Assembly (NCBI GenBank): GCA_963845755.1
Contig: CAWJTV010000005.1
Coordinates: 352,001 to 416,000 of the forward strand
Reading direction: 5' to 3'
Length of the DNA stretch: 64,000 bases
Source: an uncultured Planctomycetota bacterium
GTDB taxonomy: Bacteria > Planctomycetota > Planctomycetia > Isosphaerales > Isosphaeraceae
Shown here: one piece after another, positions 1 through 12,077 of the stretch
Layout of the letters: every line of letters starts with the position of its first letter
Numbering within the stretch: the first letter of the stretch is position 1
The notes under the pieces: model-generated
The model's input: the letters and a program-made list of their open reading frames with translations, nothing else
What the model was told of the DNA's origin: nothing
Database searches by the model: none
Translations under genes and position numbers: made by a program

Positions 1-593
1 GCGTGAGGATGATCAGGAAGACGGGGAGCCAGAACAGGCCGATATCCGTGCGGTACCCGGTGCCGATGGCCAGGACGACCGCAGCTACTATCGGCTGCCA
101 CGGCCGCGGGCACTTCAATCCACGGATGGCGACACCCAGGAGAAACGACCCGACGAGCACGATCGCGGTATAGTTGCCCGCCATCGCTCCATAACCCCAG
201 AAGACCGGACCGACGCCGAGTAGAAGCGTTGTTCCAAGCGCGGTCGCCGGACGAACCAGGGCGCAGCCACCACCAGACGCTCACGAGTGCCAGCGTGCTG
301 CACAGCATGTCGAGTAAGATGAAACCCCGATAGAGATCTCCCGTCACTTCGCCCAGCAGGCGCGCTAAAGTCTGGAACAGCGTGTGGCTGATCGGAAACC
401 AGTGGGCCGAGACTTGCCGCAGATATCCGAATTCGTCGGGGTCCAACGGTGCGTCCCGCGCCACAGGCCACCGCGTGAGAAGTACGAATACCAGCGCGAT
501 CCCGATCGCCGCCACGATCGCCTGCGACTGGGGCTCGATCGGCTCCTGAAGGTCAGGAAGGGCTGGGTTTTGTTCCGGCATCCCGATTGCCAT
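1..593 (-). CDS. GT-C fold (ArnT/PMT-like) membrane glycosyltransferase; runs off the left edge; frameshift near 262
   Basis: Not in the ORF track. Manual translation from ATG 593 gives MAIGMPEQ...IVAAIGIALVFVLLTRWPVARDAPLDPDEFGY...LALVSVWWWLR, then after one indel ALVRPATALGTTLLLGVGPVFWGYG...LAIGTGYRTDIGLFWLPVFLIIL. A TM1 followed by a DE motif and several more TMs is typical of GT-C enzymes. Confidence 0.6.
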   Translation of the reverse strand, partial: MAIGMPEQNPALPDLQEPIEPQSQAIVAAIGIALVFVLLTRWPVARDAPLDPDEFGYLRQVSAHWFPISHTLFQTLARLLGEVTGDLYRGFILLDMLCSTLALVSVWWWLRPGSSGDRAWNNASTRRRSGLLGLWSDGGQLYRDRARRVVSPGCRHPWIEVPAAVAADSSCGRPGHRHRVPHGYRPVLAPRLPDHPH

Positions 594-611
594 GAGATCG
601 AAGACTCCTTC

Positions 612-1580
612 TCAGAGAATCACAGTCGCAAGCGGGTCGCGAACGTTGCCGAGGTCATCGCCTTGAGGCGCCGCGAAGTAGTTCGCGCTGAAGCCCATCG
701 CCGGGAAGCATCGGATTCGTTCGGCCACGCGACCTTGAGGGGTGATTCGGTACAGGACATAGTCGTGAGACTCGAGCTCTGACAGGATCTCCAGCGGATC
801 GACTCGGGCGTTGGCGATGGTCAGATCGCCGATCTCGACCAGGATTCGCGCAATTCGTTTGGTCCGGAGCAGCTCACGGGCCCCACGGAGCACGCCTAGC
901 TCAAACCCCTCGACGTCGATCTTGAGGAAGTCGATCCGATTCAGGCCCTCGGCTTCGGTGTGGGCATCGAGCGTCGTGATCGGCACCTCGACGATTTCGT
1001 CCGCGGCCAGCACCCTTCGGTTCCAGGTAACGTCGCGATCTGCGAGGGTGTTCAGTCCGCTCATCTCCCTGTGAACGCGAAGCCGTGCCGTACCGACCGT
1101 CTCACCCAGTGCAAATGGGAAGATTTTCACCGTCGTGAGATCGTTGGCGGCCACATTATTCGCAAGCAGCGCGCGCGTGGCGGGCGCGGGTTCGAACGCG
1201 TGGACGATGTCGTCGCGCCCGATCAGGTGGGCCGCCTCCATACTGAATAGCCCGTGATTCGCCCCTACATCCACCACAGTCATTCCGGGACCGAGGATGC
1301 GCTCGATGAGGGCGCTCTCATACGTCTCGGGATTTCCGTTGCGAAGATAGTGGTACTCAGATAGACTAATTGCTTGATAACACTGACCCCAGCGATTGTG
1401 CAACCACGGGGCTTCATGGCGCAGGGCCTGCGCCGCGCGCGACTCGATCATGTTGCGCATCTGCTCGCATCGTCGGGTCGCGCCTTGCAATGCCCGGGAG
1501 ATCACACCGTACGAATCCTGGCTCAAGGCAAGCTCCTCCTCTGAAGGGACAATTGACATTTCATCCATTCGCGATTCCAT
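612..1580 (-). CDS. FkbM-family SAM-dependent methyltransferase (start 1580, 1568 or 1559)
   Basis: Motifs VVDVGANHG, HAFEP and FLKIDVEGFELGVLRG. Confidence 0.9.
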   Translation of the reverse strand: MESRMDEMSIVPSEEELALSQDSYGVISRALQGATRRCEQMRNMIESRAAQALRHEAPWLHNRWGQCYQAISLSEYHYLRNGNPETYESALIERILGPGMTVVDVGANHGLFSMEAAHLIGRDDIVHAFEPAPATRALLANNVAANDLTTVKIFPFALGETVGTARLRVHREMSGLNTLADRDVTWNRRVLAADEIVEVPITTLDAHTEAEGLNRIDFLKIDVEGFELGVLRGARELLRTKRIARILVEIGDLTIANARVDPLEILSELESHDYVLYRITPQGRVAERIRCFPAMGFSANYFAAPQGDDLGNVRDPLATVIL

Positions 1581-2620
1581 TGGTTTGGACCAAACGGCGA
1601 TCACAACGAGGCGGATTGCACCCGACACTGCCGTTCACGGAAGAAGAGCGCGTCGGCGACACCGCCGGAGCAGGCAGTCCGATCGAGGAGACGGGATCAG
1701 GCGCCTCGGTCTTCGCGATCCGCTGCTCGTAACGGTTGGCCGATGCGAGGAAGTCATAGAAGGCCAGTAGCCCGCAGAAGATCAAACCGGGACGGCCATC
1801 GAGGAACCCACGCCGCAGGACGTAGGCGTACAGGAACCGGATGAGGGGGCGCATCGGGAGACGAGCGGCGAGCTTCCTGAGCCGCCGACGGAAACGCTGG
1901 GCGCCGACGATCGTCTTGGGGATAGGCTCGTTGACGATTCGGTCGTACAGTGCGGCCTCCCAGATCGCATACCGATTGTGCTTCTCGACCCAGGAGGCAA
2001 TCGTCGGATAGGCATGGTGGTCCAGCTCGTTTTCGAGTCGAAGGGCGCGTCCTTCCAGTTCCACCTGCTCGTGAGCTTCGTTATCTCCCGCGCGCCCGCC
2101 GGTGGAGTCGGCCATCCGTTCATAACGGCCCAATCGGTGCTTGAACAGGCGGAGGTTCCAACATTCGGAGTAGCCGCAGTGGCGGATGCGACGACCGAGG
2201 AAGTAATAGCGAGCGTTCAGGTAGTAGCCCTCCGCCTCGTCCCGCGCGATGCGCCGCGCGATTTCTTCCGCCAGTTCGGGTACGACGACCTCGTCGGCAT
2301 CGATGATTAGCACCCATTCGTTGCGGAACAACAGGCTCTCGAGTGCCCAGTTCTTTTTCTTGGGATACGTCCCGTTGAACTCGAATTGCACCACTGTTGC
2401 GCCGTATTCGGACGCTACATCAGGCGTTCCATCAGCGCCTCTGGCTATCGACCACAAAGACCTCGTCAGCCCACGCAAGTGCCGGTAGGCAGCGCCTCAG
2501 ATTCTCCTCCTCGTTCTTCACGGGTACGATCACGCTGACCGGAACACTTCGATCGATCGGGATACCGGAAGGGCGTGGCGAGCCCTGGAGGACAGATCGA
2601 AACGGAGCTTGGAGTGGCAT
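1561..2620 (-). CDS. GT2 glycosyltransferase; frameshift near 2438
   Basis: VSVIVPVKNEEENLRRCL..VVDSQ (ORF 2432-2641) continues as DGT..KKKNWAL..IIDADE..GFLDGRPG (ORF 1561-2478). Confidence 0.88.
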
Positions 2621-2743
2621 GTTGGTTCTCGATAGAATCAAAGTTTCGGGTTCAAGGTTTCGGAAGTTGATTTCCTATTAAATGATTGAATCTTGAGTCT
2701 TAAATCTGTGATCCGACTCCGTCGTCTCACGGCGATCAGACGA

Positions 2744-3953
2744 TCAGGAGATCACGATTTCCGGTGCGGGCCCTCCACCACTGAGCCATCGGTAGACGGC
2801 GGCCAGTCGGTCAGCCTGCCGGTCCCAGGTATAGCACTGTTCGACGAGTCGGCGTCCGTTGCAGCCGAGCTGCGCTGCGCTGGGCGAGGCTCCGTCCCAG
2901 CAGGTCCCGGAGTCCCTGTGTGATCGAGTCTGCGTCCGGATTCACCGCGATCGCTCCTTGGGCCGCGGCAAGCTCGGGGAAATGGCAGGCCGTGGTGATC
3001 AGGCAGGGGAGCCGGCAGGCCAGCGCCTCGAGCACGGCCATGCTGAAACCTTCGCTGTAACTGGGCAGGACGAAGGCGTCAGCCGCGGCCCAGACCTGTC
3101 GGGCACGCTCACCCGCCACATGGCCGACGTAGCTCATCCGCCCACCCAGGCCGAGTTGTTCCATCCGATCTCGGAACGGCGCCCAGGCACCGCCATCGTT
3201 GCCGGCGAGCAGGAGATGAAGGTCCGGATGGTCGGCTGCGATCCGTCCGAGGGCCTCGGCCAGCAGATCGAGTCCCTTCTTGACGTGCAGCCTCGCGAAG
3301 AAGAGCAGCACGAACTTGCCGCGCAATTCGGGATGTTCCAGTTCCAGTTTCGATCGGGGCGGCAGGTTCTCGGCGAACGCGAGATCGACTCCGTTGGGGA
3401 TGAAGCAAATTGGCGTCCAGGGAGCGATGGCCCGCAAGTGCTCGATCTCGGGGCGGGATAGGGCATGCAGACACGACGCCCGGCGGAGGTTCCTCGCCTC
3501 GATGAAGGCCAGGTAGATCCGCTTCTTCCAGAACTTGTGACGGAGTGCCCAGGGTTCGGCCATTCCATGCGCCGCGACCAGATACGGAACTCGGGCCGAC
3601 CGGGCTGCGGAGGCTCCCCGACGTGTCTGGGCTTGCCACAGACCGTGCAGGTGCACAACCTCGGCAGAACGGACGGCCTCCTCCAGGTTCGCTTCCGGGC
3701 CACGGAGCGTCACCTTTGAAGCGACGTGCTCTGGCGCGAGTCGGGACGGTGTGGGCGTTACGATGGTAACCGCGTCTCGTAGCCGGCTCAGCGCCGCCGT
3801 CATGCCCAGGATGCTTGGTACCATTCCACCGTCACGGCGCGGGTCCAGTCCGTTGCAGAGATGGACCCATCCTCGTTGATTCGCGGACCATGCGGCCTGA
3901 TGGCGACGTTGCGGCGGATCGGCCATCAGCGTTTCGCGTTGCGACTCGAACAT
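2744..3953 (-). CDS. GT4 glycosyltransferase; frameshift near 2876, true C-terminus ...YTWDRQADRLAAVYRWL...
   Basis: VHLHGLW, IPNGVD, RLHVKKGLDLL, FVLPSYSEGFSMAVLEALAC; end found by manual translation in the shifted frame. Confidence 0.9.
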
Positions 3954-3957
3954 AGGT

Positions 3958-5157
3958 TCACCTCGTTCCGAAGGCCGGCAGGGGCATGGAAACGTGAGGG
4001 CGACGACGGTGCTTGGCCAGCTCGATCGCTTCAACGACGCCTTGCGCGAACCGCCCAGGCCCCCACTGGGCGACCGTCTCCGCGGCGCAGCGGCCCATGG
4101 CATTCAACGTCTCAGCGGGCATCGTCGCGATCCAGGAGAGCTTGGCAGCAATCTCCTCGACGTCGAGCGGGTCGAACCGGGCTCCCGTGGTCGTCCCGGA
4201 TTCGGGCACCAAGGTGGCGGCACAACCGGCGCGACCCGAGACTAGGAGCGGCAAGCCACTGGCCGCCGCCTCGTTCACGACGAGTCCCCAGGGCTCGATC
4301 AGGCTTGGCAGGACGAACGCCCCGGCGTGGGCATACCAGCGCGGAAGTTCACCGACCTGGAGGAAGCCGGGCCGATGAATGGCGTGGGCGAATCCGCTGG
4401 AATTCACGGCCCGCTCGACCTCAGCCTTCCGCGGGCCGTCGCCGCAGAGTACCAGGTCCCAGGCCGACTGCGCTGCGGCACCGCGTCGATACCGCACAAA
4501 CGCCGAGATCAGTCGATCCAAGTTCTTCTCCGGCGCGAATCGGCAGACGGAGAGGAAATAAGGCGCTCGAGGCAATCCCTCACGACCACGGGGATCCGAG
4601 CGCCAACGGCGGGCGCCGACTGCGAAATAGTCGTTGTCGACCGCGTTGTACCCCACGGTGATACGGTCCGAAGGCATCCCTAGATTGACCAGGTAGTCGC
4701 GGTGCGATGGGCCGCCGACAACCGCCGCATCGAACCATTGAATCCGACGACGCTTAACCATCTCTTTCCACCAGGTGCGTGGTCGGTCGACCTGCTGGCT
4801 CTCGGACATCAGGATCGTCGGGGCGCGTCGTCGCCCGGCCCAACGCGCCGCGGCCATCGACTCGGGACGCACATAGCCGACCACGCCCACGATGTCGGGT
4901 CGGTCGTGGTCGAGTGCCTCGATCATCGCCCAACGGCAGGACTCCGTGTCGATCGATTCGAGCGCCCGGTCCGGGAACAGGGTAATCCTCTCGAACGGCT
5001 GATCATGCCGATCCCGCGTCCAGGGATAAGTTCGTTCGCTCCCCGCGACCTCGTAGGCGAGGAGCCGATCTCCGCGTTCGGCAAGCCGGTCCGCCAAGGC
5101 CCGCAACCGGGCCAGATGGTACGGTCCCAAATTCGTGAAAGTGACGGCGAGGATCAT
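3958..5157 (-). CDS. GT4 glycosyltransferase
   Basis: YNAVDN, RFAPEKNL, FVLPSLIEPWGLVVNEAAASGLP. Confidence 0.92.
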   Translation of the reverse strand: MILAVTFTNLGPYHLARLRALADRLAERGDRLLAYEVAGSERTYPWTRDRHDQPFERITLFPDRALESIDTESCRWAMIEALDHDRPDIVGVVGYVRPESMAAARWAGRRRAPTILMSESQQVDRPRTWWKEMVKRRRIQWFDAAVVGGPSHRDYLVNLGMPSDRITVGYNAVDNDYFAVGARRWRSDPRGREGLPRAPYFLSVCRFAPEKNLDRLISAFVRYRRGAAAQSAWDLVLCGDGPRKAEVERAVNSSGFAHAIHRPGFLQVGELPRWYAHAGAFVLPSLIEPWGLVVNEAAASGLPLLVSGRAGCAATLVPESGTTTGARFDPLDVEEIAAKLSWIATMPAETLNAMGRCAAETVAQWGPGRFAQGVVEAIELAKHRRRPHVSMPLPAFGTR

Positions 5158-5189
5158 GCGACCAACTCCCAGGCACACAGGTCAAGGGG

Positions 5190-6545
5190 CTAAGCGGGAG
5201 CCGTGGTGAGCTCCTCATGCGAAGACGAAGCAGACTTGTTCAGTTTGATGATCCACCACACGAGCACGACCAGGGGGAACGCCGAAACCCCCCAATTGTA
5301 GTAGAACCAGACGAAGGGATCGTCAGCCGCGACCATGAACCAGGCGTTGTAAAAAGTGATCGACCACCAGAACTGGACCCAGGGAACATCTTCATACAAG
5401 CGTAAGTAGTCATAGGCCGTGCGCATGAGGAGGGCGAGAGCGGCCATGACGATCAAGGTGCCGATCGCACCGCCGTTGAGCTGGGTCGCTCCCAGGATAC
5501 CGATGGCGGGGCCGGTAAAGTCTTCCTCTCGTTCCATCTCCGAGCCGGCGATCCAGGCACCGATCCAGGCGCTGCGGCCGAAGAGCGGCTTGTTCGGCCA
5601 GATGGATCGCGGAATAAAGGTCGAGAATAGGCGGAGGTAGTTTTCCCCATAGTCGTAAGGGGACTTGGCGGGAACCGTGTCCATCATGAGGAGGAACCCG
5701 CCGTATTCGAAGGTCTCGTAGGTGATGATCTCCTCATCGCCGTCGGTGACGTTGAGGCTTTCCAGGACCCGGGAGACCTGGAAGTCGCCGAGGAAGTTGG
5801 CGAACCCGGCGAAGGATCGCTCGTGTTCCCGGTCGTTCCTCCAACCGATGGCGATCGCGACGACCAGGGAGCCCGCGAAGGCCGTCGTGAACAGTACCGG
5901 CCACGAGGGGCGCTTCAGTCGCGTGATATAGAGCGCGCAGATCGTCGCGAGCACGCCGATGAGCGAATGTGAGCGTTTGCCGTTGAACATCCAGATCAGC
6001 ACATAGGCGGCGGAAACGGCGAGCCCCGTCATCAAGTAACCCGGTCGGGAAGGGACCTGGCTTCGGCCCGTCACGACCAGCAAGATCGCGGCCACCAGCA
6101 TCACGAACGGAAAACTGCTGAAGATCGATCCTTCGCTCGTCGCGGATTCGACGGCGTCCCCGCCTCCCCGGATCAACATCCCTGCGCAGAAGAGGCCCCA
6201 GAGGATCAGCGGTGGCGAGAGGATCGCCACCCACGACGGCGACCAGGTCTTCGGGGGCCTCGGGAGCAGGGTCGCGATCCGCCTCCCCAGCCCTGCGTGA
6301 TAGACGAACAATAGCCAGGCCACCGCCCACAACGCCCGCAAGTTGGCCGCCGAGACCAGGTCCTTGCCGCGTACCGACACTCCCCATTCGTGGTATCGGA
6401 CACCCTGGATCACATAGATCTGAAGATAGCCAACCAGGAAGAGCCAGATGGGCGCAAACGGATCGAACCGCCGCCTAACGACCTGCGCCAGGAAGTAGGC
6501 GACGATCAACGCGCCCGTCGCATAGATTGCAAACAAGTCTTCCAT
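5190..6545 (-). CDS. Wzy-like polysaccharide polymerase (polytopic membrane protein)
   Basis: About 10-11 hydrophobic segments, GKR after a TM, large loop with FIPRSIWPNKP, located inside a glycosyltransferase cluster. Confidence 0.65.
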   Translation of the reverse strand: MEDLFAIYATGALIVAYFLAQVVRRRFDPFAPIWLFLVGYLQIYVIQGVRYHEWGVSVRGKDLVSAANLRALWAVAWLLFVYHAGLGRRIATLLPRPPKTWSPSWVAILSPPLILWGLFCAGMLIRGGGDAVESATSEGSIFSSFPFVMLVAAILLVVTGRSQVPSRPGYLMTGLAVSAAYVLIWMFNGKRSHSLIGVLATICALYITRLKRPSWPVLFTTAFAGSLVVAIAIGWRNDREHERSFAGFANFLGDFQVSRVLESLNVTDGDEEIITYETFEYGGFLLMMDTVPAKSPYDYGENYLRLFSTFIPRSIWPNKPLFGRSAWIGAWIAGSEMEREEDFTGPAIGILGATQLNGGAIGTLIVMAALALLMRTAYDYLRLYEDVPWVQFWWSITFYNAWFMVAADDPFVWFYYNWGVSAFPLVVLVWWIIKLNKSASSSHEELTTAPA

Positions 6546-6550
6546 GACGT

Positions 6551-7662
6551 TCAAGTCGCCTCCGCCGCCCAGGTTTCGGCGGGCCCGGCACCCGGCACAA
6601 CCTCCGGCTTCCTCCCAGCCTGGTATCGGAATCGATCCTTGAGGGAGAGGATCGGCCGCTCCACGCAGTGCCAGGAGAGCGACGCGAGGGCCAGGGCGAT
6701 GCCGAGCTTCACGAGGTCGACGAGCATCGATCCGCTCCACCCGTAGTGCGATGACAGATCATCCCAAACTTTAAATAATATGTGGTGATATAGATAAATT
6801 CCGTAGCTGATCGTTCCCAGGTAGACCAGCCACCGGCTCCGAAGCCAGCCGAGCCGGGGATGGCCCCCGTGAAGGACCAGGCCGAGGACCAGGGCGAGGC
6901 AGAGCAGATTGGCGGCCAGCAACTTCAGGCTGTTGATCGACGCCGGAGCGAGCAGGCCAGGCCACCGGGCTCGCGACCCGACAGCCAAGGCGAAGATTCC
7001 CATGGCGAGAATCGCGATGGCGAGCGAGAAGGCGGTAAATCGCCGGCGGGCCGGTTGTGTCATTCCGTTCGACCGGCGCGGCCCCGTCGATGATGAAGGC
7101 GAGCCACCCGCCCAGTGCCAGCGCGTCGATGTTGGTGATCAGGATGAAATGAGAGACGCCGGACGACCGCGCCAGGACCGCCATTCCTACCAGGACTGCG
7201 GCGACAACCGGCAGCCCGCCGACCCACAAGCCCGATCAGCATCGGCCAGAACAGATAGAATTGCTCCTCGATCGCAAGGCTCCACGTGTGCTGGAACGCT
7301 AGCGGAAACGTCGGCTCACGGCCGGACCAGTAATGGCTAAGACCCTGGATATAGGTCAGGTAGGACGGCCATTCGGAGAGGTCTCCGGATAGGGGAAGGA
7401 GTTGAAAGAGGAGCACGAGTCCGGCGAGCGAGAGATAATAGATCGGCCAGATCCTGAGGCCACGGCGTGCATAAAATGATATCAAGAATCGAGGATTCAG
7501 CGTGTGGCCGAGGATGATCGTGGTGATCAGGTAACCCGAAAGTACGAAGAAGAGATTCACGCCGAGGCCGAGCACCACGACTTGCGGAAACCAGAGGTGG
7601 AAGAAGACGATCGCCAGCGCCGCCAGACCGCGAACGGAATCCAGTTCCTTAATGCGAGGCAT
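6551..7662 (-). CDS. Acyltransferase-3 (OafA-like) O-acyltransferase; two frameshifts near 7220 and 7080
   Basis: LDSVRGLAALAIVFFH, GVNLFFVLSGYLIT, RRGLRIWP, HTWSLAIEEQFY, LGTISYGIYLYH, SWHCVERP spread over three overlapping ORFs. Confidence 0.88.
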
Positions 7663-7698
7663 GCTGGCTTCTCCCTCGGAGTGATCGGATCGAGATTC

Positions 7699-9040
7699 TC
7701 AAGACTGGGGATACGCGCATGCGTATTCCTCCGGCGAAAGATCCAGGGCCGGCCCTGTCGTGCGACTCACCATCTCCCCGAGCAGCTCGATTAGTGCAGC
7801 GTGGTAGCGCGGCCAATCGTAGGCCAGGGCTCGGCTACGGGCAGCCGAACCCATCTGGTCCCGCTGAGCCGGATCGTTCCCGAGCTGTTCCATCCGGCAT
7901 GCCAGGGCATCGATATCGCCCGGGCCGACGAGGTACCCTTCGATGCCATCGCGGACCACGGAGCCGGCATTCGGCGTGACGATGCTGGGCAGCCCGCAGG
8001 CCAGGGCCTCGTAAGTGACGACAGCCGAGCCCTCGAAGAGTGAGGGGAACACGAAGACATCCGCCCGAGCCATTTGCCCCGGCATCTCGGCATGCGCGAC
8101 CTGGCCCAGGAGCTCCACCGACTCGAGGTAGGGGCGTAGCGGAGCGATGTTCTTCGGGAGCGATCCCAAGAGCTGAAGCCTCCAGCCCGGACGTCGGATC
8201 GTCGCGCCAGGCCTCCAGCAGATACTTGATCCCCTTGCGTTGATGGATACCGCCGGCAAACAGGAAGGTACACTCGGTCCCCTGGGTCTTTCCGGGGAGT
8301 GGCCGGAACCGTCGGCAGTCGGCCGCGTAGGGGATCACGCGGACCCGCTCGCGCGGCGTGCCGTGGCCCACGATCGACTCGGCGATATGCTCCGAGGGAA
8401 CCACAACGCGATCGGCGAGGGCGAGGTCGCGGAGCCTTCGCGCATGCAACCATTCCAGCTCCTCGAGGTCCAATCGCCCACTGCCTAGATAGATTGGGAG
8501 GAACTCGGGAGACGTCTCGGACTCGCGCCGGAGGATTTGCTGCTCTTCGCGCACGTCACCGTGGACCATGCTCAGGATCGTCGGAATGCCAAGCCTTCGA
8601 CAGGTGGGGAGGGTGAGAGCCGAGCCGACATCGCTGAAGACCAGGAGTTGCCCAGGCCGGTCACGGGCGACGACTCGCGCGAGCCGTGTATCGAACCGCT
8701 CGGTCCGCCAGCGCGCCAGCGCGCGCCTGAGCTGAGGGTGACCCACGGCCAACCGGGCCTCGAGCCGGACAGCCAGGTCGACATCAGGATTCGCGCGAAC
8801 GCGCTCCGCCGGGATCTCAGGATCGTGGCGACGGAGCAGGAATCGCTCGCATCGCGTCAATCGATCCGGGGCAAGATTCCGCGCCCAGGCAGCCAGCCGA
8901 CCATCGGGGTTGTAGTAGGTCGCCGTGACGAACCGATCCAGCAGTCCGGCTCGGCTGAGCCCGATCACCGCCTGGTAGGCCGGCGGTCGCGCGTCCGGGC
9001 AGGCGACGAGCACCGGCGGGAGCTGATAAGACGTCTCCAT
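7699..9040 (-). CDS. GT4 glycosyltransferase; frameshift near 8200
   Basis: VIPYAAD, FAGGIHQRKGIKYLLEAW (ORF 7835-9130), then VFVFPSLFEGSAVVTYEALACGLP (ORF 7699-8259). Confidence 0.88.
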
Positions 9041-9100
9041 CTCGACCTCGATCTTCCGTGATCCTCGCGCGGCGACACCGCGAATGAAGAGGCATCCTTT

Positions 9101-9193
9101 GGATTCCGGATTTCCGATTCCGGAATCCACCCCACCGTTCCCGGCCCTCGAACGTTCCTAATCTCGAATCGGGATTCGGGCAACGCGAATCAA
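9101..9193. repeat. Degenerate 7-bp tandem repeats in two oppositely oriented arms
   Basis: GGATTCC GGATTTC CGATTCC GGAATCC (9101-9128) and TAATCTC GAATCGG GATTCGG GCAACGC GAATCAA (9159-9193). Confidence 0.55.
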
Positions 9194-10218
9194 CGATGCG
9201 GATAAGTCTCCGCGAATCGCTCCCGACGCGCGAGCTCCAGGTCGCTTTCGATCATCATCTTGATCAGGCCGTGGAAATCAACCCGCGGTTTCCACCCGAG
9301 GACCTCGCGAGCCTTGGTCGCGTCGCCGAGGAGAACCTCGACTTCAGACGGCCGAGTGTATCTCGGGTCGAACTCGACGAAATCGCGATAATCGAGATCG
9401 AGCGTGGAGAAGGCCACTTCGAGAAGTTCGCGTACCGAATACGTCTCGCCGGTAGCGACGATATAGTCGTCGGCCGTCCCATGCTGGAGCATCATCCACA
9501 TCGCCTCGACATAATCGCCGGCAAAGCCCCAGTCCCTTTTGGCCTCGAGGTTGCCCATGACGAGCTTTTTCTGTAAACCCTCCTTGATGCGGGTAGCGCC
9601 CAGGGTCACTTTGCGGGTCACGAACGACTCGCCCCGACGTGGGCTCTCGTGGTTAAACAGGATACCCGAGCACGCGAACAGGCCATAGGCTTCCCGATAA
9701 TTGATCGTCTGCCAGTGAGCATAAACCTTGGCGCAGGCGTACGGGCTGCGCGGGTGGAATTGCGTCCCCGGCCCCTGCGGCGGTGGCGCCGACCCGAACA
9801 TCTCGGAACTGGACGCCTGGTAAAACTTCACCGGCTTTTGTTCGTTAAGATGCCGGACGGACTCCAGCAACCTCAGTGTACCGATGCCGACCACGTCGGC
9901 GGTATACTCGGGCTGGTCAAATGAGACGCGCACATGGCTCTGTGCACCGAGGTTGTAGACCTCGTCCGGACGAACTTTCTGGACGATCATTGCGAGACTC
10001 GATGCATCGGCGAGATCGGCGTAGTGGAGGTGGAACCGCTCGGCGATTTCGCGGTCGCGAGACAACAAGGGGTCGATTCGCTGGCGATTCAGGCTGCTCG
10101 AACGCCTCACCAGCCCGTGAACTTCATATTCGGGCTTGTTCAGGAGGAATTCGGCCAGGTAAGACCCGTCCTGGCCGGTGATTCCCGTGATCAGTGCACG
10201 TCTCATAGAGGTAGGCAT
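9190..10218 (-). CDS. gmd: GDP-mannose 4,6-dehydratase
   Basis: [78 protein letters not shown]. Confidence 0.97.
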   Translation of the reverse strand: MPTSMRRALITGITGQDGSYLAEFLLNKPEYEVHGLVRRSSSLNRQRIDPLLSRDREIAERFHLHYADLADASSLAMIVQKVRPDEVYNLGAQSHVRVSFDQPEYTADVVGIGTLRLLESVRHLNEQKPVKFYQASSSEMFGSAPPPQGPGTQFHPRSPYACAKVYAHWQTINYREAYGLFACSGILFNHESPRRGESFVTRKVTLGATRIKEGLQKKLVMGNLEAKRDWGFAGDYVEAMWMMLQHGTADDYIVATGETYSVRELLEVAFSTLDLDYRDFVEFDPRYTRPSEVEVLLGDATKAREVLGWKPRVDFHGLIKMMIESDLELARRERFAETYPHR

Positions 10219-10242
10219 CGATTCTCTCGCGGAGTCGTCTCG

Positions 10243-10924
10243 TCAGGGAATATGGTAAGTGGCGAGTTCGCGCGGCAGGATCGGCTCCAACGCGCCGCTC
10301 AATTCATGTGCAAACTCACGCAACGCCGCGGCCCTCGGGGTCCATGTCCCCGGGGTAGAATACTTCGACGGTCATCGACGAGCCCCGCGTCGTCCGGCCG
10401 TGGCTGCTCCGACTGGTGATCGGCAACCGCCGAATATAATTCTCGAGCCTCCCTTCTCCAAAGATATAGTACCAGAAGGCGACATGCTCGACCACTTCGG
10501 CTTCAGGCCGGCTGTACCCGAGCCGCGTGATCCGCAGCATGGCGTGCTCGCCAGTCGGGATCTCGAACTCCCGCGTCTCGGCCTCGTTCTTGGTCCAACC
10601 GCTCGAGGGCAGGCATATTTCCGGCGTATGTCGCAGGTTCGCCCCATAAAGCGAGTAGTTCATCCAGAGCTCGAGCTTCAAACCGGGATGTTCGGGGCTC
10701 TCATAGACCCGGCTGAGGTACTCGGTGGTCTGGGAGCGCTCGATCAGCTCGCGATGGACGGGCCGGTCGGAGCCGACCCAGTTGCCGAAGGCCATCGGGA
10801 TCGAGACAAGGGGTCGCCGCAACGCGGGCCGCTCGGTGTCATTGAACCCTTCCAGGGCGGCCTGGGCTCCCAGACCGGAAGTCAGCAACGCGAGGCAGAG
10901 AATCGTCCGTTTTCCCTGTGACAT
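10243..10924 (-). CDS. Exosortase-associated EpsI-family protein; frameshift near 10333
   Basis: N-terminal TM, IPMAFGNWVGSD, YLSRVY, HTPEICLPSSGW, directly downstream of the exosortase; the shifted frame gives ...AAALREFAHELSGALEPILPRELATYHIP*. Confidence 0.8.
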
Positions 10925-10998
10925 GCTTGCTCCTTGATGGATAGCCTCCATCGCGTTTCGTGATCTCACGGCCGCGTCGCCCGTTCCTCACGGCGTCC

Positions 10999-11967
10999 TC
11001 ACGAAACTCCCAGAGAAACGGCGCGGGGTGGCGCGGGTGGAGGCGGTCCTGGGACGATCCGGTCGAGGGACCAGCACACTCCTTGGAGCAACAGCAGGCC
11101 GAAACCCATCATGAGCAGGCCCTCGACCGTGTGGAACGCACCGGACGCGTACTCCGGATTGACAAAATGCATGATGTAACCCGTCAGGATCACGCGCGCG
11201 ATATTGGCGCTCAGCGCGATCGGCAGAGCGAATATGACGATCATCGCACGATACCAGCCGGGCCGGCCGATCAGCCACGCCACAGCCGTGCTCAGCGCCA
11301 AGAAGCCCGTCAATTGTCTCATGCCGCTGCACGCCTCGGCCACGAACATCTGGATCCCGCCGGGGAGCGTCATCCGATTCCCTTCGCACAGGACGGGGAC
11401 GCCGGTTGCATTCATGACCGTCGAGGCCACTCGGCTCGCCAGGAGCTGGAGCGGCGAGGCGATCTTCGAATAGAGAGCGATCGGCAATGGGATCATGAAC
11501 ACCAGAAAGAAGAATGCGAACCAATAACGCTTCAAGGCCGCGTCACCCAGGAGAAGCGTGACCAGCCCCGCCAGGCCGACCAGGAAAGCGAGGTCCCCGA
11601 GGAATGGGATCGGCAGTGGAATGGTGATTAGTCGAACGGCCATCGCGCCGACTAGCATCATCGCGCCAAGACGAGTTCCACCGCGGATCGAGAGCGGTCC
11701 CCGACGCGCCGCCTGGTTGGCGAAGTACAGGCTGATCAGCGGGACGAGGAATCCATGGCTGTAGTTCTCGTCCGTTGACCAGGCGTAGTAGAAATGGACC
11801 AGCGAGTCGGCGAAGAGCAGGCCGAACAATCCCAGGCAGAGCAGGCCGCCGAGCCATTGCGGGCGTCGCTCGGCGTCACGAGCCGGACGAGTGAGCAGGC
11901 CGAACAGGGCCCAGGTCTCCGCGTCATGTGAGGAAGAGGAATCAGGCGCCCGGGAGAGTGCCGCCAT
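10999..11967 (-). CDS. Exosortase
   Basis: WSTDENYSHGFLVP, FLVFMIPLP, catalytic-type VAEACSGMR, ANIARV, FHTVEG; about 8 TMs. Confidence 0.93.
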   Translation of the reverse strand: MAALSRAPDSSSSHDAETWALFGLLTRPARDAERRPQWLGGLLCLGLFGLLFADSLVHFYYAWSTDENYSHGFLVPLISLYFANQAARRGPLSIRGGTRLGAMMLVGAMAVRLITIPLPIPFLGDLAFLVGLAGLVTLLLGDAALKRYWFAFFFLVFMIPLPIALYSKIASPLQLLASRVASTVMNATGVPVLCEGNRMTLPGGIQMFVAEACSGMRQLTGFLALSTAVAWLIGRPGWYRAMIVIFALPIALSANIARVILTGYIMHFVNPEYASGAFHTVEGLLMMGFGLLLLQGVCWSLDRIVPGPPPPAPPRAVSLGVS

Positions 11968-12077
11968 GGTGGATCGTCCTTCAGTTCGACTGGGGGAATC
12001 GGTCGCTCGTCGAGAACTCCGGGTTACGGGATGACCGCCTGGACGAATTGGCCAGGCGGTCGGGTCGGCGATCAACG